DNA of 64,000 nucleotides from Alphaproteobacteria bacterium (GTDB lineage: Bacteria; Pseudomonadota; Alphaproteobacteria; MPNO01; UBA830), in contig OZ251539.1 of the NCBI GenBank assembly GCA_965243135.1, positions 6,016,001 to 6,080,000 of the forward strand. The letters are read 5' to 3'. A program made the position numbers and the translations under genes. This document shows, piece after piece, positions 23,900-32,362 of the stretch. The notes beneath the pieces were generated by a model. That model worked only from the letters and a program-made list of their open reading frames with translations, made no database searches and was not told the origin of the DNA. The first letter of the stretch is position 1, and each line of letters begins with the position of its first letter.

Positions 23900-25243
23900 A
23901 TGGACGGAACGGCGATTCGCCCGAACGATTTCGGAGACCTGATCCGGGAGGATCGCGTGCATCGCCGGATCTACACCGAGGACGCGATCTTCCGCGCGGA
24001 GATGACCAAGGTCTTCGGCGGCGTCTGGGTGTATCTCGGCCACGAGAGCCAGATTCCCCGCAACGACGACTTCGCGCGCACCCGGCTGGGGCTTCGCCCG
24101 CTGATCCTGGTGCGCGATTCGGAGGGGCGCATACGGGCGCTCTACAACCGCTGCACGCATCGCGGCTCGACCGTGTGCCGCCGCGACTCCGGTTCCGCGA
24201 AGGCGTTCCAGTGCCCGTATCACGGCTGGACCTTCCGCAACTCCGGAAAGCTCGGCGGCGTCCCGTGGCCGGAGGGGTATGCCGACGGCGTCGACGATTC
24301 CAGGTTCAATCTCGCGCAGGTTCCGCGGGTCGAATCGTTCCGCGGCTTCATTTTCGGGACGCTGAACGTTTCGGCTCCGCCGCTGCCGGACTATCTCGGT
24401 CCGGTCGCGCGCCCGCTGGAGGAGTGGCTCGACCGCCATCCCGGAGGCAGGGTTGCGTTGTGCAACGCCAATCGCCTGAAGCTGCACGGCAACTGGAAAC
24501 TGGTCTACGACAATTCGGCCGACGGCTACCACGTTCTGTTTTCGCATCGCTCGCTGCTCGCGATGGAAAACCGCATGTCGGAGGGCAAGGGCATGGCGTT
24601 CTACAGGGAGTCGCCCGATACGCGGCCGATGTACGTATACGCCTACGCCAACGGCCATCACTTCAAGGACAAGCGCGGCAACGTCGAGCGCGGCCGCCCG
24701 GGCGCGCTCTGGGAAATCGAAAGCGCGCATCCGGGGATGGAGCATTTCGAGGACAAGCTGCGGCGGGAGCATCCCGAGCGCGCCGACGAGTTTCTCGACC
24801 TCGCCTCCTCCGAACCCGTCAACATCAACGTATTCCCGAATCTCCACATCCTCGGCAACCACGTCCAGGTCGTGCAGCCGCTGTCGGTCGCCGAAACCGA
24901 CACGACGTGGTGGGGAACCGCGGTCGTCGACGACGACGGCGCGCTCGACGGCGCGGTCGACGACATCAACGCCGTCCGGATGCGCACCCAGGAAGGCTTC
25001 CCGAATTTCGGGGAGGTCGACGACCTGATGAATTTCGAACAGATCCAGGAGGGGCTCGCCGCCGAGGAGGACGAATGGGTCTACACGCATCGCGGTCTCG
25101 GCCTTCCTGAGCGCTACGCCGTTCAGCCGGACGGCTCCATTCGGGGTCCCGCCACAGACGAGGTCTTTCTGCGCGAGTACTTCAGGCACTACCGCGACCT
25201 GATGACGTCCGAGCCGGATATCCGGATCATGCGGGAGCCATGA
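23900..25243 (+). CDS. Rieske aromatic ring-hydroxylating oxygenase alpha subunit
   Basis: Rieske CTHRG...CPYHGW; mononuclear Fe site DGYHVLFSH and GEVDD. Confidence 0.95.
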   Translation: MDGTAIRPNDFGDLIREDRVHRRIYTEDAIFRAEMTKVFGGVWVYLGHESQIPRNDDFARTRLGLRPLILVRDSEGRIRALYNRCTHRGSTVCRRDSGSAKAFQCPYHGWTFRNSGKLGGVPWPEGYADGVDDSRFNLAQVPRVESFRGFIFGTLNVSAPPLPDYLGPVARPLEEWLDRHPGGRVALCNANRLKLHGNWKLVYDNSADGYHVLFSHRSLLAMENRMSEGKGMAFYRESPDTRPMYVYAYANGHHFKDKRGNVERGRPGALWEIESAHPGMEHFEDKLRREHPERADEFLDLASSEPVNINVFPNLHILGNHVQVVQPLSVAETDTTWWGTAVVDDDGALDGAVDDINAVRMRTQEGFPNFGEVDDLMNFEQIQEGLAAEEDEWVYTHRGLGLPERYAVQPDGSIRGPATDEVFLREYFRHYRDLMTSEPDIRIMREP

Positions 25244-25292
25244 ATTTCCGTCCGTCGGTCGCCGCGCCGCGTTCCGTTTCCGGAGAGGGTCG

Positions 25293-25877
25293 GTGAAGGC
25301 GCGTTCCCCGTCCGAAAGCTCCCACTACGTGAGCGCCGAATTCTATCGCGATCTGATCGCGAACTTTACCGGGTGGGCGACCGACGACGCCGAGGCGTCC
25401 GATTCCGGGCTTCGCGATTCCTGCCGGCGGCTCCTCGAGAAGGAAGCCCGCCTGCTCGACGAAGCCCGCCACGAGGACTGGCTCGCCCTCTACGCCGACG
25501 AGTGCCTCTACTGGGTGCCGGCTTCCCCCGGCGGCGGCGACCCGCGAAAGGAAGTCGCCGTCGCCTTCGACGACCGGCGCCGTCTGGAGGACCGGATCTA
25601 CCGGCTTCGCAGCGAGTACGCCTGGTCGCAGCAGCCCGCGTCCCGCACCAGCCGGATCGTTTCCAACGTCGCCGCGTACCTTACCCGCGATGCCGACATC
25701 GTGATGGCGCGGTCGAATTTCCTGACTTCGGAATTCCAGGACGGCGATTACCGCACGTGGGCGGGATGGTATGCGCACCGTCTGCGCCGACGGGCGGATT
25801 CCTGGGAAATCCTCGTCAAGCAGGTCAACCTCATCGACTGCGACCGGAATCTCCGCAATCCCAGCATAACGCTCTGA
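25293..25877 (+). CDS. Ring-hydroxylating dioxygenase beta subunit
   Basis: EARLLD..WL.LY...YWVP, RTSRIVSN and KQVNLIDCD. Confidence 0.92.
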   Translation: MKARSPSESSHYVSAEFYRDLIANFTGWATDDAEASDSGLRDSCRRLLEKEARLLDEARHEDWLALYADECLYWVPASPGGGDPRKEVAVAFDDRRRLEDRIYRLRSEYAWSQQPASRTSRIVSNVAAYLTRDADIVMARSNFLTSEFQDGDYRTWAGWYAHRLRRRADSWEILVKQVNLIDCDRNLRNPSITL

Positions 25878-25894
25878 AGCGAGCGGCGGCCGGA

Positions 25895-26347
25895 CTACGC
25901 CAACCGGTCGAGGTCCGCGAGCACCTGCGCCGGATGGTCCGCGGGTTTCACCTGCTCGTAAGCCGCGGCGACGCGGCCGTCCGGTCCGATAAGGATCGAT
26001 TTGCGCGGCGCGCGCGGACTGTCCGGCGCGGACACGCCGCAGGCCACGGAAACGGACCCGTCCTCGTCGCTCAGCAAATCGAAAGGGAAGGAGAATTTCT
26101 CTCGGAACGCCTTGTTGCTCGCCGGGCTGTCGTAGCTGACGCCGACGACGGAGGCGTTGCGCGTTTCGAAGTCCTGGATTCTGTCACGGAATCCTTTGCC
26201 TTCGATGGTTCATCCGGGCGTGTCGGCCTTTGGATACCACCAGAGCAGAACGTAACGGCCGGTGAAATCGTCCTTCTTCACCGTCGTTCCGTCCTGATTC
26301 GGAAGAGCGAAATCGGGCGCGTCGGCGCCCGTCGGGATCAACGCCAT
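25895..26347 (-). CDS. bcp: Bcp/PrxQ peroxiredoxin with selenocysteine (in-frame TGA at 26210-26212)
   Basis: APDFALPNQDG..WYPKADTPG-TGA-TIEGKGFRD..VGVSYD..FPFDLLSD is one continuous frame of 150 codons; the TGA occupies the peroxidatic Cys position of the PxxxTxxC motif. Confidence 0.88.
26176..26194 (-). promoter_or_regulatory. Candidate bacterial SECIS element
   Basis: mRNA: UGA + 15 nt + GGAUUC-CGUGACA-GAAUCC, a perfect 6-bp stem with G at loop position 2. Confidence 0.65.
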
Positions 26348-26403
26348 GCGGGCATCTCCGTGCTGGGGAACGCGCTCGCGGCGCGTCCGGTTCTCGGGGC
26401 GGG

Positions 26404-26580
26404 TCAGAAGTAGTCGGGCGCGCTGCGCTTCCGGCATCTCAGGCAGAGGCGGTTGTGCCAGCCCTCGCTCATGAACTTTTCGCCGCAGGAGAGGCAGCTT
26501 CGCTCTCCGGGGACATTGTGCGCGGCCTTGTGGTCGTCTTCGACGAATTCATCGTCCTGCAGCATCGATGTTTCATTCAT
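26404..26580 (-). CDS. Small zinc-ribbon-like hypothetical protein
   Basis: 58 aa: RSCLSCGEKFMSEGWHNRLCLRC (CxxC-x15-CxxC) with an acidic N-terminus. Confidence 0.7.
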   Translation of the reverse strand: MNETSMLQDDEFVEDDHKAAHNVPGERSCLSCGEKFMSEGWHNRLCLRCRKRSAPDYF

Positions 26581-26654
26581 GCCCGTTGTCCCAATCTTAT
26601 CGTTTGTTTCGTTGCCCCGGATCGTCCGAGGGCGCCGTGCGGTGTCGCCGCGCC

Positions 26655-26770
26655 TCCGCGCATCTCCCTTCGCCGAGCGCGCGGAGAGGATTATTTTTTC
26701 GGGACGCCCGCTCGAAAGCCTGCACCCCTTCCTCTTCCGCGCCGGAACGGTTTTCCACCGCAGCCTCGAA
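26655..26770 (+). repeat. Imperfect direct repeat A, copy 1
   Basis: Aligns by eye with 27850-27964; shared core ttccgcgccggaacggttttccac. Confidence 0.8.
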
Positions 26771-26870
26771 GACAGGTTACAGAAAACGCGGAGCGTGCGC
26801 AATCGCCCTGGGGGACGGCGCGAGCGGCCTTCGGCGGCGCCGTTTTCGCTCGAGCGGCGAGTCGACGGCT

Positions 26871-26922
26871 CCAGGTCGACGGGCGGGTCGGAGAGCGCGG
26901 CGTTCCGGCGCGTCGCGCTTCA
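26871..26922 (+). repeat. Imperfect direct repeat B, copy 1
   Basis: gtcgacgggcg(g/c)gtcggagagcgcggcgt...cgtcgcgc(t/a)tca, also present at ~28387-28440. Confidence 0.75.
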
Positions 26923-27064
26923 GGCTTGAACAGGCGGGGCGTTGCGCGATCATGCGTTGCAGGCGATGCTCATGGTCGCGCTGTCCGCTGGTTCGTTCGC
27001 CTGTCGTCAGCGCCTGAGTGCGTCATTCACGCGTTGCCAACAATGACGCAGAATGGAGAGCATC

Positions 27065-27814
27065 ATGCCCGGCATCGTCGATATCCTGCGGAACGATCCG
27101 GAACCGTTCCCCGAATGGTTGGCCGCCAGCCCGCCGCGCTTCGATCGCGAGAAATTCTTCGCCTGCCGTACCGTCTATTATCCGGGTAGCGGAGACGATG
27201 GCCAGCCAGTGAAGCTCTGCGCGTTGGCCCACGCCGCGCACGCGTTCCTCTATGTCGACCAGAGTGTGGAACGGGAAACGCTCGCCGAAACCCTGCGCAA
27301 CCCGGAGAGGGGCCTTCGCGGCTATGCGGTCGTCCATCAGGAACAGCTGACGGAGGACAGGTTGCGGCCGGGCGGGTGGACGCCGCACGTTTCCCCGGAA
27401 GAGGCGCAGCGCTCCACCCGTTTCAAGGATAGCTTTGCAGTTCCGTTCGCATGGTTCGTTGCATTCGACCGGCAGGAGGGCTTCGGCGACGACCACGGGC
27501 CGGAGCGCCTCGCGATCCTGTTCGTCGGCGGCGACGGCGTCGCCAGCTACGATGCCCTCTATTGCCAAGAGGACGGTACGCCGCCGCCGTTCCTGGCGGT
27601 TATCCAGGACCATGGTTTCGGCGGCAGTTACACGAGCTTTGGCGATGGAGGGATTCTGGCGAGAATCGCCCGAGAGCGCCGGATTCTGCCAGCGTATCTG
27701 TTGGTCGCGAGAAACTCCAGACCGTGGTCAGGCTATGCGGACACCGGCGCTATCGCCGAACCTGGCGGTATGCATGCGCATCTGAGGCGCCTTTTCCGTC
27801 GCAATCCCCCATAG
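27065..27814 (+). CDS. Hypothetical protein (possible Rossmann/SAM-binding-like fold)
   Basis: GGAG RBS; 249 aa with protein-like composition; VYYPGSGDDG..AFLYVD and QDHGFGG motifs. Confidence 0.7.
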   Translation: MPGIVDILRNDPEPFPEWLAASPPRFDREKFFACRTVYYPGSGDDGQPVKLCALAHAAHAFLYVDQSVERETLAETLRNPERGLRGYAVVHQEQLTEDRLRPGGWTPHVSPEEAQRSTRFKDSFAVPFAWFVAFDRQEGFGDDHGPERLAILFVGGDGVASYDALYCQEDGTPPPFLAVIQDHGFGGSYTSFGDGGILARIARERRILPAYLLVARNSRPWSGYADTGAIAEPGGMHAHLRRLFRRNPP

Positions 27815-27849
27815 CGGCCGGAATCGATCTTCGCCGGACAGCGTTGCGT

Positions 27850-27964
27850 TCCGCGTCTTTCCCTTCTCCGAGTTCGCAGAAGGATTGTTTCCGGGACGTC
27901 CGCTCGCAAGCCGACGCTCCCATTCCTTTTCCGCGCCGGAACGGTTTTCCACTGTGGCCTCGAA
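27850..27964 (+). repeat. Imperfect direct repeat A, copy 2
   Basis: Aligns by eye with 26655-26770. Confidence 0.8.
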
Positions 27965-28003
27965 AAGGGCCCGCTATCAACTCGGGATGGGTTGGCCGGT
28001 GAG

Positions 28004-28440
28004 TCAGGGCGCTGGGGCGGCGGCGGCGAACGCCCTGACATAAGCGCACGCCAAGTGAGCGTATCGCGCCGCCGTCCGAACCTGCGTGGCCCGAGCAACT
28101 TTTCGATCGTCGGCAGGCTCTTGCCAAGAGCCTGCGCTCGCGAAACCAAGCTGTGCCGCAAGCCGTGGACGCGGATGTCGCCCGAACCGGCGCGCTGCGT
28201 CGCCGGGAGCGCTGCAGGTCGGCGAGATGGGCGCTTGGCTTCCTGTCGGAAATGACCCGAAGATTGTCCAGGTCGCGGGGTAGGGCGGTGAGCAACCTCG
28301 CCGCCGCGCGCGACAACGTTGCCATCGCCGGTCTTGTCGTCGGGCGATTCGCCCGCCTCCAGGTCCAAGTTCTCCTGACGAAGCGCGTCGACGGGCGCGT
28401 CGGAGAGCGCGGCGTCCCGTTTCCGGAGCGTCGCGCATCA
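28004..28440 (-). pseudogene. Tyrosine recombinase/integrase C-terminal remnant
   Basis: Frameshifted pieces: LDLEAGE..DKTG, LSRAAARLLTALPR, DIRVHGLRHS..ALGKSLPTIEKLLGH, QVRTAARYAHL (HxLRH, LGH and catalytic Y). Confidence 0.8.
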
Positions 28441-28466
28441 AACCCGAAGACGCCGCCGCCGAACGG

Positions 28467-28889
28467 CTAAAAGGATCGGGATCCCGTAATCGCGGCGATG
28501 GCGGCGGTGGCCACCTCGAGGTCCTGCTCGCCGGTGCCGGATCCCACGCCGACTCCCCCGATGCAATCGCCGTCGACGACGATGGGCAGCCCGCCGGGCA
28601 GGTTGATGCGCTCGCCGTCGGTGCCGACCGCGAGCTTCATGTCGATGCCTTCGGCGATTCCGCCGGTCGGCGCTCCGTAGCAGGCGGCCGTGCGCGCCTT
28701 TCTCAGCGAGGTCTGCATGGACATGTGGAACGCGCCGTCCATGCGTGCGAACGCGAGCAGGTGGCCGCCCTCGTCGACTACCGAGATGCACTGCGGCTGC
28801 CCCATTGCGGCGGCCTTCGCGATCCCCGCGTGGAGCGCCTTGAGCGCGCCTTCATGCGTCAGTTTCAGTTTTCGCGCCGTTTCGCTCAT
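28467..28889 (-). CDS. GlcG/HbpS heme-binding family protein
   Basis: ISVVDEGGHLLAFARMDGA..KARTAA, GGLPI and GGVGVGSG..EQD. Confidence 0.88.
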   Translation of the reverse strand: MSETARKLKLTHEGALKALHAGIAKAAAMGQPQCISVVDEGGHLLAFARMDGAFHMSMQTSLRKARTAACYGAPTGGIAEGIDMKLAVGTDGERINLPGGLPIVVDGDCIGGVGVGSGTGEQDLEVATAAIAAITGSRSF

Positions 28890-28963
28890 CCGTCCTCTCC
28901 CTGTCCGGTCGGCTTCGCGCCGCCTCGTCTCGAATCGTCGGCAGTCTTCCGGCAAAGGCGCAA

Positions 28964-30196
28964 TCATGCAAGGCGCGGTTGCCGGCCGCCGGTGCGCAGC
29001 AGAAGCAGCGTCACAAGCCCGATGTTCAGAAAGTTCCAGGCGATGCCGTTAATGAACGCTGCCTGGTACGAAGCCGTGAGATCGTAGATCCAGCCCGATA
29101 CCCAGCCGCCGAGCGCCATGCCGACGATGGTCGCCATGATGAGGATTCCGACGCGCTCGCCGGCGACTCGCGCTGGCATGTATTCGCGGACGATGATCGC
29201 GTAGCTCGGAACGATCCCGCCCTGCGCGAGGCCGAACGCCAGCGAGACGACGTAGAGCGAGGTAAGGCCGTCGAACGGAAGGTACAGAAACAGTGCGACG
29301 CACTGCATCGCCGATCCGAGAAGCAGGGTCCTCGCGCCGCCGATCCGGTCGGCCAGAAGGCCCGAGACGATTCTGCTGACGGCGCCGCCCGCCAGCATCA
29401 GCGACAGCATCTCCGCGCCGCGGGCGACGCCGTAACCGAGGTCTCCGCAATAGGCGACGATATGCACCTGCGGCATCGACATCGCGACGCAACAGCCGAT
29501 GCCCGCGATGGCGAGCAGAACGATCAGGCTCCGCTGGGAAAGCGCGACCGTCTTCAGGCCCGAAAGGCCGCCGCCTCCGGCGGCTGCGTGATCCTCCAGC
29601 GGCGGACGCCTGCGAAGAAGGAGGGCGAGCGGCACCATGGCGAGACAGATGATGCCGATGGCGACGTAGGCCGCCCGCCAGTCCGCGAAGTCGAGAACGA
29701 ACCGGATGAACAGGGGCCAGACGACGCCCCCGAAATAGTTCCCGCAGGCGGTCAGGGCGACTGCGATCCCGCGGCGCTTGCGGAACCAGTGCGAGACGTC
29801 GGCGATCAGCGGTCCGAACGTTCCGGCCGTTCCGATCCCGATAAGGATTCCCTGAATCAGCGCGAACTGCCAGATGGAATCCGCCATCGCCGCCAAAATG
29901 AAACCTGCGGCCAGGGCGAAAGCGGTGACTATCAGCGGAAGAACGATTCCAAGGCGGTCGACGTAGCGGCCGATGATGAGATTGCCGAAGGCGAAGCCGG
30001 CCATTGTCAACGTATAGGGAAGCGAGGCGCTTGATCGCTCGACGCCGAACTCGTTCTGGACCGCCGGCAGGACGACGACCACGGCCCAGAATCCGACGCT
30101 GCCGATCGTTCCCAAAAGCATCGATACGGCGAGGCGCAACCGGGCGTAACGCCCGTCCGGAGAACCGGGGCCGAGTCGGCGGGATGCCGCTGTCAC
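28964..30196 (-). CDS. MFS transporter
   Basis: ~12 TM segments, GRYVDRLG, WFRKRRG and LADRIG. Confidence 0.9.
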   Translation of the reverse strand: MTAASRRLGPGSPDGRYARLRLAVSMLLGTIGSVGFWAVVVVLPAVQNEFGVERSSASLPYTLTMAGFAFGNLIIGRYVDRLGIVLPLIVTAFALAAGFILAAMADSIWQFALIQGILIGIGTAGTFGPLIADVSHWFRKRRGIAVALTACGNYFGGVVWPLFIRFVLDFADWRAAYVAIGIICLAMVPLALLLRRRPPLEDHAAAGGGGLSGLKTVALSQRSLIVLLAIAGIGCCVAMSMPQVHIVAYCGDLGYGVARGAEMLSLMLAGGAVSRIVSGLLADRIGGARTLLLGSAMQCVALFLYLPFDGLTSLYVVSLAFGLAQGGIVPSYAIIVREYMPARVAGERVGILIMATIVGMALGGWVSGWIYDLTASYQAAFINGIAWNFLNIGLVTLLLLRTGGRQPRLA

Positions 30197-30430
30197 GGCC
30201 GCTCCCCGTGCAGAGCGAGAATAGGCTCTTTTTCGTTATGGGCTTCAGTCTGGGCTTCCGTCTGCGGGGCAGGGCGCTTCCACGCGCCGGTCGGAACGTA
30301 CTGGGCGCGCGGCCGTAAGCGGTCACGCCGTCCGGAACGCGCGGAAGAACAGGCGGGCCGATCCGGTCTGGGCTGACGGTGCGTCTCTGCGCAGAAGAAG
30401 GTCACTGAACGATGCTGCTGGAGGATGCCG

Positions 30431-31663
30431 TTACGGCCGCGCCTTTCCGGCCGCCGCCTCCTGTTCCCGGCTCCAGCGTTCCACGGGAGTGTCGTCGATG
30501 CTCCAGTGAATCAGAGCGGCGATGCCGCCGAGAGCGATCGCGAGCCACCATCCTGCGTCGTAGGTGCCATAGAGATCGTAAAAGTAGCCGCCGAGATAGA
30601 TGCCCATGAAACTGCCGACCTGGTGGCTGAAGAATACGATCGCGAAGAGCGTGGCCATGTAACGGGGGCCGAATACCTTGGCGACGATGCCCATGGTGAG
30701 CGGCGCCGTCGACAGCCACAGCAATCCGAAGATGGAGGCGAATCCGAGAACCGTGATCTCGTTGACGGGCAGCATGATGAATACGAGGAACAATATGCCG
30801 CGGGAGAGGTACAGGAGGCTCAGCAGGTTCTTCATCCGCCACCGCGATCCCATCCAGCCGGCGGCGATCGTTCCGAAGATGTTGAACAGCCCGATCGCCC
30901 CGAGGGCCCAGGCGGCGAGCCAGGGATTGGCGCCCGCGTCTTCGAGAAAGCCCGGCAGGTGAGTGCCGACGAACTGGATCTGGAAGCCGCAGACGAAGAA
31001 CCCGGCGACCAGAAGAAGGTAGCCGCGATGCTGGCTGGCTTCGCGAAGAGCCGACGACAGACTCTGGTGATCCGGCCTTGCGAGAGTGGCCGCGCTGCCG
31101 GCCTGCATCGACAGCGTCAGCGGGACGCATACCGCGACGATGATTCCGAGCACGACGATTCCGTCGGACCAGCCGAAAGCGCTTATCAGTCCGGCGTTGG
31201 TCGGCGCGAAAACGAATTGTCCGGCGGAGCCGCCGGCGGTGACGATGCCGAGCCACAGGCTTCGCCTCTTGTCGGACGCGACCCGCCCGACAAGGGCGAG
31301 CGGCAGGGTGAAGCCGATGCCCGAAGCCCCGAGGCCCACGATAAGGCCTGCCGACAGCGTCATCGCCTCGGGCGACGTGGAGACCGATATCAGCGCGACG
31401 CCGACGGCGTAGAGGGCGCCGGACAGCGCGATTATGCGAATCGGACCCAGCCGGTCGCCGAGAGCGGCCACGAAGGGAGCGGCGGCGCCCATGGTGAAGT
31501 TCTGTATGGCGATGGCGAACGAGAATTCGCTGCGTCCCCAGCCCAGATCCTGGCTGAGCGGCACCAGGAACAGGCCGAAATTCTGGCGCGAGCCGTTCGC
31601 GATCAGGAGGAGCGCCGTTGCGGCGAACAGGACATAAAACGGCGTGCGCCAGAACGGCGTCAT
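30431..31663 (-). CDS. MFS transporter
   Basis: RQNFGLF, LGDRLG, GFFVCGF and FFSHQVGSF. Confidence 0.9.
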   Translation of the reverse strand: MTPFWRTPFYVLFAATALLLIANGSRQNFGLFLVPLSQDLGWGRSEFSFAIAIQNFTMGAAAPFVAALGDRLGPIRIIALSGALYAVGVALISVSTSPEAMTLSAGLIVGLGASGIGFTLPLALVGRVASDKRRSLWLGIVTAGGSAGQFVFAPTNAGLISAFGWSDGIVVLGIIVAVCVPLTLSMQAGSAATLARPDHQSLSSALREASQHRGYLLLVAGFFVCGFQIQFVGTHLPGFLEDAGANPWLAAWALGAIGLFNIFGTIAAGWMGSRWRMKNLLSLLYLSRGILFLVFIMLPVNEITVLGFASIFGLLWLSTAPLTMGIVAKVFGPRYMATLFAIVFFSHQVGSFMGIYLGGYFYDLYGTYDAGWWLAIALGGIAALIHWSIDDTPVERWSREQEAAAGKARP

Positions 31664-31949
31664 TGCGAAACTCCACGGGATTGCCGAACTCCATCATAGC
31701 ACGCGGCGGCGTTTCCGGGAGAGATGGCGGAGTGGCCGCCGGGCGAGGCGGGCAACGCTCCGGAAGGCGGGCGGAGTTCGGGACCGGACGGGAACATTGC
31801 CGGCAAGACGCCTCGCCGTCTCCGTTCGCGGACGGCGCGGCGGATAGGCGAGAGTCCCGGAAGGGCGGGAATCAGGGTATAAATTCCGCGGTCTCGACGG
31901 TCCGGCCCGTGTGTCGGTTGCGAGACCGTAGATCGAGAAGGGAACGGCC

Positions 31950-32171
31950 ATGTGGGGCTGGAGGGCGCTGAAGATACTGCTTCACTTGGCTGCGCTTGCC
32001 GGTCTTTGCCTTGCATTCTTGTTCAGCCTGTTTCTCGGGCTTCAGGTCCGCCCCCTTTACGGCAACGTCGGCATCGCAGCGACCGTGGTTTTGGCGGGGC
32101 TCTACGTCTATTTCGGCATCTTGAGGAGATCCCGGCGGACGAAGCCCGGAAAAACGACGGGACGGACCTGA
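31950..32171 (+). CDS. Small two-TM membrane protein
   Basis: 73 aa with two hydrophobic helices; purine-rich RBS upstream. Confidence 0.55.
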   Translation: MWGWRALKILLHLAALAGLCLAFLFSLFLGLQVRPLYGNVGIAATVVLAGLYVYFGILRRSRRTKPGKTTGRT

Positions 32172-32362
32172 AACGCGAGGGGACGTGGAGCGTCCTTGCT
32201 GGGGCGCAGGGCGATTTCTTTGGCGGGGACGCCGACGACGAGAATTTCGACGAGCGGGGGCCGTAGGAATCGTCCGGCGCGAATCCGCGCGCCCGGCGAA
32301 AGCCGGCGTTCGTCCGAACGACCGCACGGGTCGGACGCGCCTGCCCGGTTCGCCGCTCGTCG

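Noticed and set aside
20191-28440. tRNA-Ala-anchored genomic island ending at the integrase remnant
   Set aside because: No duplicated tRNA 3' end was found near 27.8-28.5 kb, and the intervening genes have host-like composition.
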